Assembly (NCBI GenBank): GCA_017525035.1
Contig: JAFXTH010000005.1
Location: forward strand, 25 to 64,024
From: Bacilli bacterium
Lineage (GTDB): Bacteria; Bacillota_I; Bacilli_A; RF39; UBA660
Reading direction: 5' to 3'
Length of the DNA stretch: 64,000 nt
Shown here in pieces: positions 7,998 through 16,701 of the stretch. Position 1 is the stretch's first letter; each line of letters opens with the position of its first letter. The position numbers and the translations under genes were made by a program. The notes under the pieces are model-generated. The model saw nothing but the letters and a program-made list of their open reading frames with translations. It was not told where the DNA came from and made no database searches.

Positions 7998-10367
7998 ATG
8001 TATACAGACAACGAACAAAGAACAGGTTTACCTATTAAGACTTTCTTATTAAGTCTTATACTAATAATAATATTCATATTATTATTAATGTGGTTATTAC
8101 CAATGCCAAATTCTAAAAACAACAATAGTGGAAATGGTAATGGAAATAACGGAACTACAGAAATAACTGGTCTTGATGCATTGACAAATAGAATATTTAA
8201 TGCAAATATTCAAGAAATGAAAAATGCTGCAGTAACATATTTCACAAAAGATACGTTACCAAGCAAGAACGGTCAAACTGTAACACTAACATTACAAGAA
8301 ATGTTAGACAAAAAATTATTACTTCCATTTACAGACAAGAATGGAAACTCATGTGATACTGACAGATCATATGTATCAATTACTAAAAAAGGAACTGATT
8401 CATATGTAATGAAAGTAAATCTATCATGTGATGATCAAGAAGATTACATCTTGGTTAATTTAGGATGTTATGCGTACTGTACATCTGCGGTTTGTGAAAA
8501 GAAAGAACCAACACCTACACCTACGCCAACACCTACACCAACACCTACACCAAAGCCAACAACTGGAAATCCATATTGTACATTATATGTATCAAATGGA
8601 AGAATTGGAAGCAATAGCTGGTATGTAGGAAACGTAGTAGTAAGCTTCAAAACAAAGGGAACTACAGCAAGTGGTGCTTCTATAACTGCTTATGGTTTAA
8701 CAACATTATCATCAGCAAGTTATAACAAGAACAATTCATACACAGTTAGTGGTGAAGGAACTACAACAGTTTATGGATATGTTAAAGATTCAAATGGAAA
8801 AACTGCTAAATGTAGTATCGTAGTTAAGAAAGATACAGTAGCTCCAAAATGTAACTTAACTGTATTATCTGGAACTAAATCATCAACTGGTGATTATGTA
8901 TCAGATGTAGTAGTAGGATTCAGTTCTAAAACTGATGCTACTAGTGGAATAGTTGCTTATGGATTAACTAATTCATCAAAAGCAAGTTACAACAATGCAT
9001 CTAAATATACAATAACTACAAATGGTACTCATACAATTTATGGTTATGTTAAAGATGCTGCAGGACATACTGCTAAATGTAATATAACAGTAAAACGTAA
9101 TTATACAGATCCAGGATCAAAACCATCATGTACATTAAAAATAACAAACGGTACAGTTGGAAGCAATGGATGGTATAAAGGAAACGTTACAATTGGATTT
9201 GCATCAAAGACAACAACAAATGGTGCAACAATTAAATCATATGGAATTGGAACAAAAGAAACATATGGTGGAAATGATTCATATACATTAAGTTCAGAAG
9301 GAACTACAGTAGTATATGGATATGTTAAAGATTCTAAAGGAAATACTGCTAAATGTAGTATTACTGTAAAGAAAGATGCAACTAAACCATCATGTACATT
9401 AAAAGTAACAAGTGGAACTTATAATCAAGGTGGATATTACACTTCTGATATAACTATAGGATTTGCTTCTAAGACTGATGCAACAAGTGGAATCACAGCA
9501 TACGGTATTGGAACAAGCACAACTTATAGTGGTAACACTTCTTACAAAGTAACAGCTGTTGGTACTCATACAATTTATGGATACGTTAAAGATGCAGCTG
9601 GAAATACTGCTACATGTAGTATTAAAGTTGAAAAGAGACAAAACTTAGAATATCAATATAAGAAAGATATATCAGCACAATATAGTGCTTGGTCAGATTG
9701 GACAACTTCAACATACAATCCAAGTAATCCACCATCATTCGGTAAATATACATTAATCGAAATCGTAGATTTAGGAAAAACACAAGAAGTTGACTATTAT
9801 AAAGAAGAGCTTGGAGAACCATTCTACAAATACAAAACTGTAAAAGTTGGAACTGCAACTCAAAAATATTGTACTGGATATAATTACTTTAGAGATACAA
9901 AGACAACAACAACTACAACATATGCAATTAAAGAAGGCGCTGATTGGAAGTTTGAAAAAATGGTTACAACAACAGGTTGGCCAACAGATACACTATCAGT
10001 TAAATATGAATTTGTAGGATTTGATTGGAAATGTACTGGATGTGAAACAACACCAAGAAAGATATGGAATAAATATACTAGAACAGTTGGTGTAGTATCA
10101 TCTACTAATACAGTAACAACTTCAGGAATTAGCGTAACATGTGCTAAGACTGAAACACGTACAATAGAAATATTCGACACAGTTAAGATATTCGTTGATT
10201 ATGAACACAAGAAAGTACCAGTTTACAAAGATGTTTATAAGTACAAACAAAGAACTCGTACATTAATTAAGAAAGCTTATACAGATTATAAGTGGAGTTA
10301 TTATAATGATCAATCATTATTAAATGCTGGATACACTATGACTGGTAACACAAGAGTAGCTGGATAG
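7998..10367 (+). CDS. Large membrane-anchored surface protein: N-terminal TM, globular Cys-containing domain, PT linker, four Ig-like repeats, W/Y-rich C-terminal domain
   Basis: 789 aa. TM LLSLILIIIFILLLMWLL. (PT)7 linker. Four ~90 aa repeats with C..L....G..GWY.GNV..GF..KT...G..I.AYG...YGYVKD..GNTAKC. RBS GGGGGAG upstream. Confidence 0.8.
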   Translation: MYTDNEQRTGLPIKTFLLSLILIIIFILLLMWLLPMPNSKNNNSGNGNGNNGTTEITGLDALTNRIFNANIQEMKNAAVTYFTKDTLPSKNGQTVTLTLQEMLDKKLLLPFTDKNGNSCDTDRSYVSITKKGTDSYVMKVNLSCDDQEDYILVNLGCYAYCTSAVCEKKEPTPTPTPTPTPTPTPKPTTGNPYCTLYVSNGRIGSNSWYVGNVVVSFKTKGTTASGASITAYGLTTLSSASYNKNNSYTVSGEGTTTVYGYVKDSNGKTAKCSIVVKKDTVAPKCNLTVLSGTKSSTGDYVSDVVVGFSSKTDATSGIVAYGLTNSSKASYNNASKYTITTNGTHTIYGYVKDAAGHTAKCNITVKRNYTDPGSKPSCTLKITNGTVGSNGWYKGNVTIGFASKTTTNGATIKSYGIGTKETYGGNDSYTLSSEGTTVVYGYVKDSKGNTAKCSITVKKDATKPSCTLKVTSGTYNQGGYYTSDITIGFASKTDATSGITAYGIGTSTTYSGNTSYKVTAVGTHTIYGYVKDAAGNTATCSIKVEKRQNLEYQYKKDISAQYSAWSDWTTSTYNPSNPPSFGKYTLIEIVDLGKTQEVDYYKEELGEPFYKYKTVKVGTATQKYCTGYNYFRDTKTTTTTTYAIKEGADWKFEKMVTTTGWPTDTLSVKYEFVGFDWKCTGCETTPRKIWNKYTRTVGVVSSTNTVTTSGISVTCAKTETRTIEIFDTVKIFVDYEHKKVPVYKDVYKYKQRTRTLIKKAYTDYKWSYYNDQSLLNAGYTMTGNTRVAG
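8508..8558 (+). repeat. Pro-Thr dipeptide linker repeat (coding)
   Basis: cca/cct-aca/acg repeated; translates to PTPTPTPTPTPTPTPKP. Confidence 0.9.
8565..9641 (+). repeat. Four tandem ~270 bp coding repeats (Ig-like domains) in an A-B-A'-B' pattern
   Basis: Repeats 1 and 3 share SNGWY.GNV. Repeats 2 and 4 share KTDATSGI.AYG and GTHTIYGYVKDAAG.TA.C. Confidence 0.8.
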
Positions 10368-10385
10368 AAAGTGGGGAATTAGAAT

Positions 10386-13300
10386 ATGAAAAAAATAAGT
10401 GTAGTTTATGAAAGAAATCAAGAAACTAATGCTATTGAATTAAAATCAATTGTAATTTTTGATGAAGGTAAAGCACCAGTTGTTAAAGATTACACTGGAA
10501 AAGAAAGCCTAATCGAATTTGCAAACTTTGCAGCTGATAATGGTTATGATGCTATTGAAGAAGGAAGCATTGAAAAAGCTATAGATGAAGGATTCATTTC
10601 AGTAGTTTCAATAAGAAATCCTAAAGCAATGGCTGAACTAAGATCAGAAATTACAGAAGGTAAATTAAAATATGGTTTTGTTGGGGATGAAGTAGCTAAG
10701 AAAATTAGTGATGAAATGACAGAAGAACCAACAGAAGAAGTTAAAGTAGAAAAAGCTGCAGACGATGCAAAAACTTTAACTAAGAAAGTAGAAGGAGTAA
10801 AACCAACAGAAGAAGTTGCTCCTATCATTGAAAAACCAGAAGTTGCAAGACCAATTATTGCACCTATTTCTGAAGAAGTTAAAGATGAAAAGACTGCAGA
10901 TGATGTAAGTGAAAAATCTGAAGAAGTTGCTCCAGTTGAAAGCTTAAACCTTTCAGACGATGTAAAAGAACTTATCGAATATATCGAATTAAGTGAGACA
11001 AGAGAAACTAGAGAACTAACTGATAAAGAACAAGCTAGATTAACTGAAATTGTTAAGAAAAATGAAAGAGCAAGAACTCTTGAAGATGCTAGAATCATGT
11101 TGGATGATGGTCTTCTAGATGAAGATGAATATGACAAAATGATTGCAGAATGCAAACAAGAGAATGCTGAAGAAATTAGAAAAGCAAGAGAAGCAGTTAA
11201 AGTAGTTGAAGAAACTGAAAAAGAAACTAAGGATGGTGCTTTAGAACTTAGAAAAGAAGTACCAGAAGAAGTTCCAACTGAAGAACTTCATGATGACTTA
11301 GATGACGATCTTGATGATGATCTTGAAGATGAAGATGACAAAGAAGAAAAAGAAGCAATGGGTATAATACCTACTATAATCCCAGTTGAAGGTAAGAGTG
11401 AAAAGGCACCAGTAAGAGCTGAAAGAACTCCTATCGTAGAACCAGTTGTAACAGATGGTTCAGTAACTGACGATGATTTAGATGATGACTTAGATGATGA
11501 TCTTGACGATTCTCTTGAAGATAAAGATGAAGAAGAAATCATTGAAGAAGTGGAAGAAAAACCACCTCGTGGAATAAAAGTTGTTAAAACTGAAGAACCA
11601 GTTGAAGTAAAAGAATTAAAACCAGTTAAAGGTGAAGTTGAAAATGTCGTTATTGAAGGTAAAGAAGTACCAGTTAAGAAGACAAGTTTAGCAACTAAGA
11701 TATTTGCTGGAATTGGTGTTGCTACAACAGCAATATTAAGTGCTTTAGGTATTGGATTTATAGCTGAAAAGATGACTCAAAAGAATGCTCCTGCTAAAGT
11801 AGGACCACAAGCTACTTTTGATCAAGTTATTCCTGTAGTACCAGTACAAACAACACCAACTGCTGCACCAGCAGTTACACCAGCACCTGCACAAAAAACT
11901 ACAATAACACAAAAGGTTATAATTGTACCACCAGTTGCAGCTGCACCAACAGCAACAGCTGAGCCAACAGCTACACCAGTAGTAACAACTGCACCAACAG
12001 CTACACCAGTAGTAACAGCTGAGCCAACAGCTACACCAGTAGTAACAGCTGCACCAACAGCTACACCAGTAGTAACAGCTGAGCCAACAGCTACACCAGT
12101 AGTAACAGCTGCACCAACAGCTACACCAGTAGTAACAGCTGCACCAACAGCTACACCAGTAGTAACAGCTGAACCAACAGCTACAGCTACACCAGTTGTT
12201 GTTGCTACAATGAGCCCAGAAGAAAAGGTTGCTCAAGCAAATAAGGAAACTGTAAGTGCAATTAATACATATTGTGATAGTTATGAAGTACCTGCAACTA
12301 CAAGAGCATTCTTAATGAGAACAGATGTATTAGAGTTTTTATCTCAATACAAGAATGCTGATCAAAGAGCAGAAGTTATAAGTGCATTATGTTATGGATA
12401 TGAAGCTAATATCTTAACAACAAAAGATGGTAACTTTAGATTAGCTGCAGATGGATCTAATTACTTAAGTTCATTCACAAGCGACTTCTTATGTGCTAAG
12501 GTTGTTGTTAATGGATACGATGCAAAACATATGAAAACAGTATTTGGTAATTCAAATGTTTCTTATGAACAAATCATAAGTGGATTAAAGAATTACTGTT
12601 ATACAGTTACTACTTATGGTATGAACGCTAAAGAGCCACTACCATTTAAGTATTTAACAAATAATAATAAAAATACTACTCCAGTATTAGACAACTTAAT
12701 GAGCAAATTAATAGCTGTTAATACTAGTAGAGAAGCAGGAAGATTGACAAGTACAGTAACAGATGACTTTATCTCAACTGTATTCGATATATTTGTATTA
12801 AATAATGAATCTATCGAAATGGGACAAGGTGCTAAAGATGTTGCTGGAGCAATGGTTGAATCTTTCGTAGCAATTCAAAGTCAAATCGCAAATGGAGAAC
12901 CATTATACTTACATGAAAATCGTGGTTATGCAAGAGCAGGAATCAATCTTCAAGAAGTTGATGGACACTTTGCAATTGGATTCCCTGATAAGACAACATA
13001 TGAATATACAAGTTTATATGATGTTATGAACCATGGATATGGATCACAAGCAGAAAACGCAGAACGTTGCATTTCTGAACAAGAAGTATTATTATCAAAT
13101 ATTACTGCTATGAGTTTAATTGATAATCCATCACCAGACGCTGATAGATTAAGCTTAGCTGTATATCTTGAAGAAAATGGATTACATGAAGAAGCTCGTC
13201 AAGTAAGAATCAATGCATTCGATGCTGCATACTTATATAACGTTGGAGTTGAACATCCATACGTTGCTGCATACATAAACGATTATCTATTCGGAGAAAA

Positions 13301-14195
13301 GACAGTAGGAAATGATTTAATTAATTTCGAACCTACATGTGAAGGTGTTGATAGATTAATCGGAGTTAAGAACACTAAGAACAACTATGCTGATTTAATT
13401 AATAATAGAAGAAGCATGTGGAGTTTAAATAATGATTACACAGTAGTTAATGGAGAATGGTACACTAAGAAACAAAAGAAGAAAACTGGTGGACAACAAC
13501 CACAAGGACCAGCAGTACCTACACCACATGTAGAAGTACATGAAACACACGAACAAATTCAACCTGAGGATATGACACCTGAAGAACAACAACAAGCTCA
13601 AGAACAAGTTGAACAATTACAACAACAAGAACAACAAGAACATGAGCAACAACAACAACAAATCGAAGAAGGAAAAGAAGACTTACGTGAAGCTGTTGAA
13701 GAAGGTGCTACACAAGAACAACTTGAACAAATAGCTGAAGAACATGGTATTGATCTTGATGAACATTATCAAGAAGAAATGCAAGCTGCCCTAGAAGAAC
13801 AAAAGAAGGGTGAAGAAGAAAAGAAAAGACAAGAAGAAGAAGCTGCTGCAGAAAATGCACGTAGAGAAGAAGAAGCTAGAAAAAGAGCTGAAGAAGAAGC
13901 TCGTCGTCAAGAAGAAGAAAGACAAAGACAAGAAGAATTAATTAGACAAAGTCAAGAAATAGACGCTGCTGAACCTGAAGAAGGAGAACCTGAACCAGAA
14001 CCAGCACCAGCTGAAGATATTGATCAAACTGATTCAGATAGAGTAGACGAAGATGCTGATGAACAAGATTATGATCCAACAGCAAGAAATGATTTAAAAG
14101 ACAGACTTACTGCTATGAAATTAGCTGCATTAAGTATCCCAGTTGAAGTTGACGATTTAGGTATCGGTGAACCATCTGGTCCAAGACTTGGATAA
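10386..14195 (+). CDS. Very large bitopic protein: acidic cytoplasmic N-terminus, one TM, PTATPVVTA repeat stalk, ~400 aa globular domain, Q/E-rich coiled-coil tail
   Basis: 1269 aa. DDLDDDLDDDLED occurs twice. TM IFAGIGVATTAILSALGIGFIAE. Eight PTATPVVTA(A/E) units. QQQEQQEHEQQQQQ and EEARKRAEEEARRQEEERQRQEE tail. Confidence 0.8.
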   Translation: MKKISVVYERNQETNAIELKSIVIFDEGKAPVVKDYTGKESLIEFANFAADNGYDAIEEGSIEKAIDEGFISVVSIRNPKAMAELRSEITEGKLKYGFVGDEVAKKISDEMTEEPTEEVKVEKAADDAKTLTKKVEGVKPTEEVAPIIEKPEVARPIIAPISEEVKDEKTADDVSEKSEEVAPVESLNLSDDVKELIEYIELSETRETRELTDKEQARLTEIVKKNERARTLEDARIMLDDGLLDEDEYDKMIAECKQENAEEIRKAREAVKVVEETEKETKDGALELRKEVPEEVPTEELHDDLDDDLDDDLEDEDDKEEKEAMGIIPTIIPVEGKSEKAPVRAERTPIVEPVVTDGSVTDDDLDDDLDDDLDDSLEDKDEEEIIEEVEEKPPRGIKVVKTEEPVEVKELKPVKGEVENVVIEGKEVPVKKTSLATKIFAGIGVATTAILSALGIGFIAEKMTQKNAPAKVGPQATFDQVIPVVPVQTTPTAAPAVTPAPAQKTTITQKVIIVPPVAAAPTATAEPTATPVVTTAPTATPVVTAEPTATPVVTAAPTATPVVTAEPTATPVVTAAPTATPVVTAAPTATPVVTAEPTATATPVVVATMSPEEKVAQANKETVSAINTYCDSYEVPATTRAFLMRTDVLEFLSQYKNADQRAEVISALCYGYEANILTTKDGNFRLAADGSNYLSSFTSDFLCAKVVVNGYDAKHMKTVFGNSNVSYEQIISGLKNYCYTVTTYGMNAKEPLPFKYLTNNNKNTTPVLDNLMSKLIAVNTSREAGRLTSTVTDDFISTVFDIFVLNNESIEMGQGAKDVAGAMVESFVAIQSQIANGEPLYLHENRGYARAGINLQEVDGHFAIGFPDKTTYEYTSLYDVMNHGYGSQAENAERCISEQEVLLSNITAMSLIDNPSPDADRLSLAVYLEENGLHEEARQVRINAFDAAYLYNVGVEHPYVAAYINDYLFGEKTVGNDLINFEPTCEGVDRLIGVKNTKNNYADLINNRRSMWSLNNDYTVVNGEWYTKKQKKKTGGQQPQGPAVPTPHVEVHETHEQIQPEDMTPEEQQQAQEQVEQLQQQEQQEHEQQQQQIEEGKEDLREAVEEGATQEQLEQIAEEHGIDLDEHYQEEMQAALEEQKKGEEEKKRQEEEAAAENARREEEARKRAEEEARRQEEERQRQEELIRQSQEIDAAEPEEGEPEPEPAPAEDIDQTDSDRVDEDADEQDYDPTARNDLKDRLTAMKLAALSIPVEVDDLGIGEPSGPRLG
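11943..12206 (+). repeat. Near-perfect 30-bp tandem repeat array (7 full units plus degenerate ends), in-frame
   Basis: Unit g(c/a)(a/g)ccaacagctacaccagtagtaaca(g/a)ct repeated head to tail. The gca/gag first codon alternates, giving a 60-bp super-unit. Confidence 0.95.
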
Positions 14196-14207
14196 TTAAA
14201 TAAATAA

Positions 14208-14237
14208 AAAGAAATATAGAAATATATTTCTTTTTTT
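14208..14237 (+). terminator. Rho-independent terminator
   Basis: gaaatata-gaaa-tatatttc hairpin plus T7 run after the 1269-aa gene. Confidence 0.75.
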
Positions 14238-14271
14238 ATGTTCTTTTTCATATTCTTATATAGGTGATAAT

Positions 14272-15114
14272 GTGAAAAAGAAAGTAATAAATGCGTTTGT
14301 AACTATCACGATGATACTAGCAAGCTTTATGTATACAAATAATGTAATTAGAAAATCTAGGGAAAAGGACCCAATAATGATAAACATTAATAAGGACAAA
14401 GCACTATACGAAAAAGAAACTATTGAGGCAACTATTAAAGATAATGAACTAATACCAGGTATAAGTGGTATGAAAGTTAATGTTGATTCTAGTTATTCTA
14501 AAATGAAACAGAAAGGTAGTTATGATAAAAGTTTATATGTTTTCGATGAAGTAAAACCTGAAATAATTTCATCTAATGATTATGATGATTACATAGTAAG
14601 TGGAAACAATACAAATCCCTATGTAAGCCTTATATTTGTAATTAAAGATACAGATTATGTTGAAGATATTTTAAAAATACTAAACGAAAAAGAAATAAAT
14701 GCGACATTCTTTCTAGATAAATCTTTATTTGATAATTCAATTGACTTAATTAAATCAATTGTCAATTTTGGTAACGATGTTGAATTGTTATCTAATAATT
14801 ATTCTATTTATGAAGTAAATAAGTATAATTCGATATTACGTCTTGTTACAAAAGATAAACTTTCGTTTTGTTATTTTGATAATAAAAATGATGATATAAA
14901 AAAGAATTGTAAAGAATCTAAACTTAACTCAGTAATTCCAAATATCAACACGGATAGTTATATTTATAGTATTATAAAAAACAAAATGAATAATGGTTCA
15001 ATAATCGAAATAAACAATAATCTAACATCGGTTAAAGAATTGAAATCCACTATTAGTTATATTTTTCAAAAAGGTAAAAAGATAGTATTATTAAAAAAAT
15101 TAATTGAAGAATAA
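14272..15114 (+). CDS. Membrane-anchored NodB (polysaccharide deacetylase)-like protein, probably catalytically degenerate
   Basis: GTG start behind AGGTGA. N-terminal TM. LIFVIKDTDYVEDILKILNEKEINATFFLD resembles NodB motif 1 and flank. The His-containing motif is replaced by GNDVELLSNNYS. Confidence 0.4.
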   Translation: MKKKVINAFVTITMILASFMYTNNVIRKSREKDPIMININKDKALYEKETIEATIKDNELIPGISGMKVNVDSSYSKMKQKGSYDKSLYVFDEVKPEIISSNDYDDYIVSGNNTNPYVSLIFVIKDTDYVEDILKILNEKEINATFFLDKSLFDNSIDLIKSIVNFGNDVELLSNNYSIYEVNKYNSILRLVTKDKLSFCYFDNKNDDIKKNCKESKLNSVIPNINTDSYIYSIIKNKMNNGSIIEINNNLTSVKELKSTISYIFQKGKKIVLLKKLIEE

Positions 15115-15165
15115 AAATAGACAAAATTCATCAGTTGTTATTAGTAAACTAACAATGGTGGTGAT

Positions 15166-15909
15166 ATGTTAATATATGTAGATTTATTATTTGTAGTGAA
15201 TATTTTTATAGATTATATTCTTTTAATGACACTTTCAATGGTATTAAAAAAGAATATATCTCATAGGCGATTATTTATATCTTCGTTTGTAGGAGGGTGT
15301 TCAACCTTTTTGATTTTTATTAATAACAAACCACTTGTATTATTATTTAAAATAATAACTTGTATCGCTATGATGCTCATTTATGAAAAATATAAAGGCA
15401 TAAAATCCTTATTCGAAAATATCTTATATTTTTATATGCTAAGCATTGTTTTAGCAGGAACAATATATTTATTAAAAGATAATTATAATAGTGAAATAAA
15501 TATTGTCCTTCTTTTTCTTATAACTCCAATTACAATGAAAATCTACAATGATAAAGTTAAAAAGTTGAACACATACTACAAAGAAAGATATGATGTATTG
15601 CTTATCTATAAAAATAAGAAGTATGAGCTAAATGGTTATGTTGATACAGGTAATAATCTATATGATCAATATAAAAAAAGACCTGTTGTATTAGTTTATA
15701 ACAAAAATATTAAATACAAATATGAAGAAGTTATTTTAGTACCTATGGAGACAGCCAATAATACTACATTAATTAAATGTATTAAACCAGATAAGTTGAT
15801 TGTTGATGGTAAAGAAAAAAAGAATGTATTAGTTGGTCTATCTCCTAAAAAATTTAAAATTCAAGACATAAACATAATATTACACAAAGATATAATAGGA
15901 GGACTATGA
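15166..15909 (+). CDS. spoIIGA: Sigma-E processing aspartic peptidase SpoIIGA
   Basis: Multi-TM N-terminus starting MLIYVDLLFVVNIFIDYILL. GYVDTGNNLYD aspartyl motif. Lies directly upstream of, and overlaps, sigE. Confidence 0.9.
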   Translation: MLIYVDLLFVVNIFIDYILLMTLSMVLKKNISHRRLFISSFVGGCSTFLIFINNKPLVLLFKIITCIAMMLIYEKYKGIKSLFENILYFYMLSIVLAGTIYLLKDNYNSEINIVLLFLITPITMKIYNDKVKKLNTYYKERYDVLLIYKNKKYELNGYVDTGNNLYDQYKKRPVVLVYNKNIKYKYEEVILVPMETANNTTLIKCIKPDKLIVDGKEKKNVLVGLSPKKFKIQDINIILHKDIIGGL

Positions 15910-16595
15910 TTACTTTATTATTGTTAATTATTAATTTAATACGAATAACTAATGTATTTTTTTATGTAGGAGCAACAGATAAACTTCCTGAGCCACTATC
16001 AAAGGAAGAAGAGGAATTCTATCTTGTAATGGCAACAGATGGTGATATAATGGCCAAAGACAAGCTTATAGAGCACAATTTAAGATTAGTAGTATTTCTC
16101 GCTAAAAAGTATGAAAATACTCAAGTAGATTTAGAAGATTTAGTAAGTATTGGAACTATTGGTTTAATAAAAGCAATAAACACTTATAGTATGGATAAGC
16201 AAATAAAACTTGCAACATATGCATCACGCTGTATTGATAATGAAATACTTATGTATTTGAGAAAAAATAAGAAAGTAAGAACAGAGATAAGCTTAGAAGA
16301 ATCATTAAGCTATGATGCTGAAGGAAATGAATTGCATCTTGAAGATATAATAGGAACTGATAAGGACATAGTAACTAAGAATATAGAAGAGGATAATGAT
16401 AAGAAGATAATGCTTGAAGAAATAGATAAATTAAATAAAAGGGACAAAGAAATAATGACAATGAGATATGGGCTTATGGGACAAGAAGAGAAAACCCAAA
16501 AAGAAGTTGCAGAAATACTTGGTATTAGCCAGTCTTATATATCTAGAATAGAGAAGAAAGTAATAAGAAGATTAAGAAATGTTATAAGAGTATAA
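15906..16595 (+). CDS. sigE: Sporulation sigma factor sigma-E (pro-sigma-E)
   Basis: Pro-sequence followed by FYVGATDKLPEPLSKEEEEFYL. Sigma-70 regions 2 and 4 (LVVFLAKKY, TQKEVAEILGISQSYISRIEKK). ATGA overlap with spoIIGA. Confidence 0.9.
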   Translation: MITLLLLIINLIRITNVFFYVGATDKLPEPLSKEEEEFYLVMATDGDIMAKDKLIEHNLRLVVFLAKKYENTQVDLEDLVSIGTIGLIKAINTYSMDKQIKLATYASRCIDNEILMYLRKNKKVRTEISLEESLSYDAEGNELHLEDIIGTDKDIVTKNIEEDNDKKIMLEEIDKLNKRDKEIMTMRYGLMGQEEKTQKEVAEILGISQSYISRIEKKVIRRLRNVIRV

Positions 16596-16597
16596 AT

Positions 16598-16621
16598 ACT
16601 ATGTTAATTCATAGTTTTTTA
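16598..16621 (+). terminator. Weak Rho-independent terminator
   Basis: actatg-ttaatt-catagt (6 bp AT-rich stem) plus T-run. Confidence 0.45.
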
Positions 16622-16675
16622 TTTACAAACAAAATGTTAATAAAGCGTAAAAAAACATTAATAAAAAACTAATTA

Positions 16676-16684
16676 TGGTATAAT
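16676..16684 (+). promoter_or_regulatory. Extended -10 promoter element (TGgTATAAT)
   Basis: TGGTATAAT about 20 nt upstream of the murG start. Confidence 0.5.
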
Positions 16685-16701
16685 ATTTATTAGAGGTGAG
16701 A

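Noticed and set aside
10544-11155. 203-aa Ser-rich antisense ORF. Similar shadow ORFs occur at 11288..11542, 27425..27793, 40709..41038 and 49691..50167.
   Set aside because: All lie opposite E/K/D-rich coding regions (GAA/GAT-rich sense strands give open TTC/ATC antisense frames). All lack RBS and start context, and the sense genes have clear homology or structure.
11943-12206. Possible CRISPR array (regular ~30-bp repeats)
   Set aside because: The units are directly adjacent with no unique spacers, are in-frame coding sequence, and no cas genes are present in the window.
11745-12236. 163-aa Cys/Trp/Tyr-rich ORF (CSCWCSCYYW repeats) on the minus strand
   Set aside because: It is the antisense reading of the 30-bp PTATPVVTA tandem repeat inside the 1269-aa gene. 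It has no RBS, and its periodicity is fully explained by the sense-strand repeat.
15115-15165. Spo0A boxes or a sigma-A promoter upstream of spoIIGA
   Set aside because: Only a partial match (agacaaa) to the TGNCGAA 0A-box consensus is visible. This is not enough to support a call.
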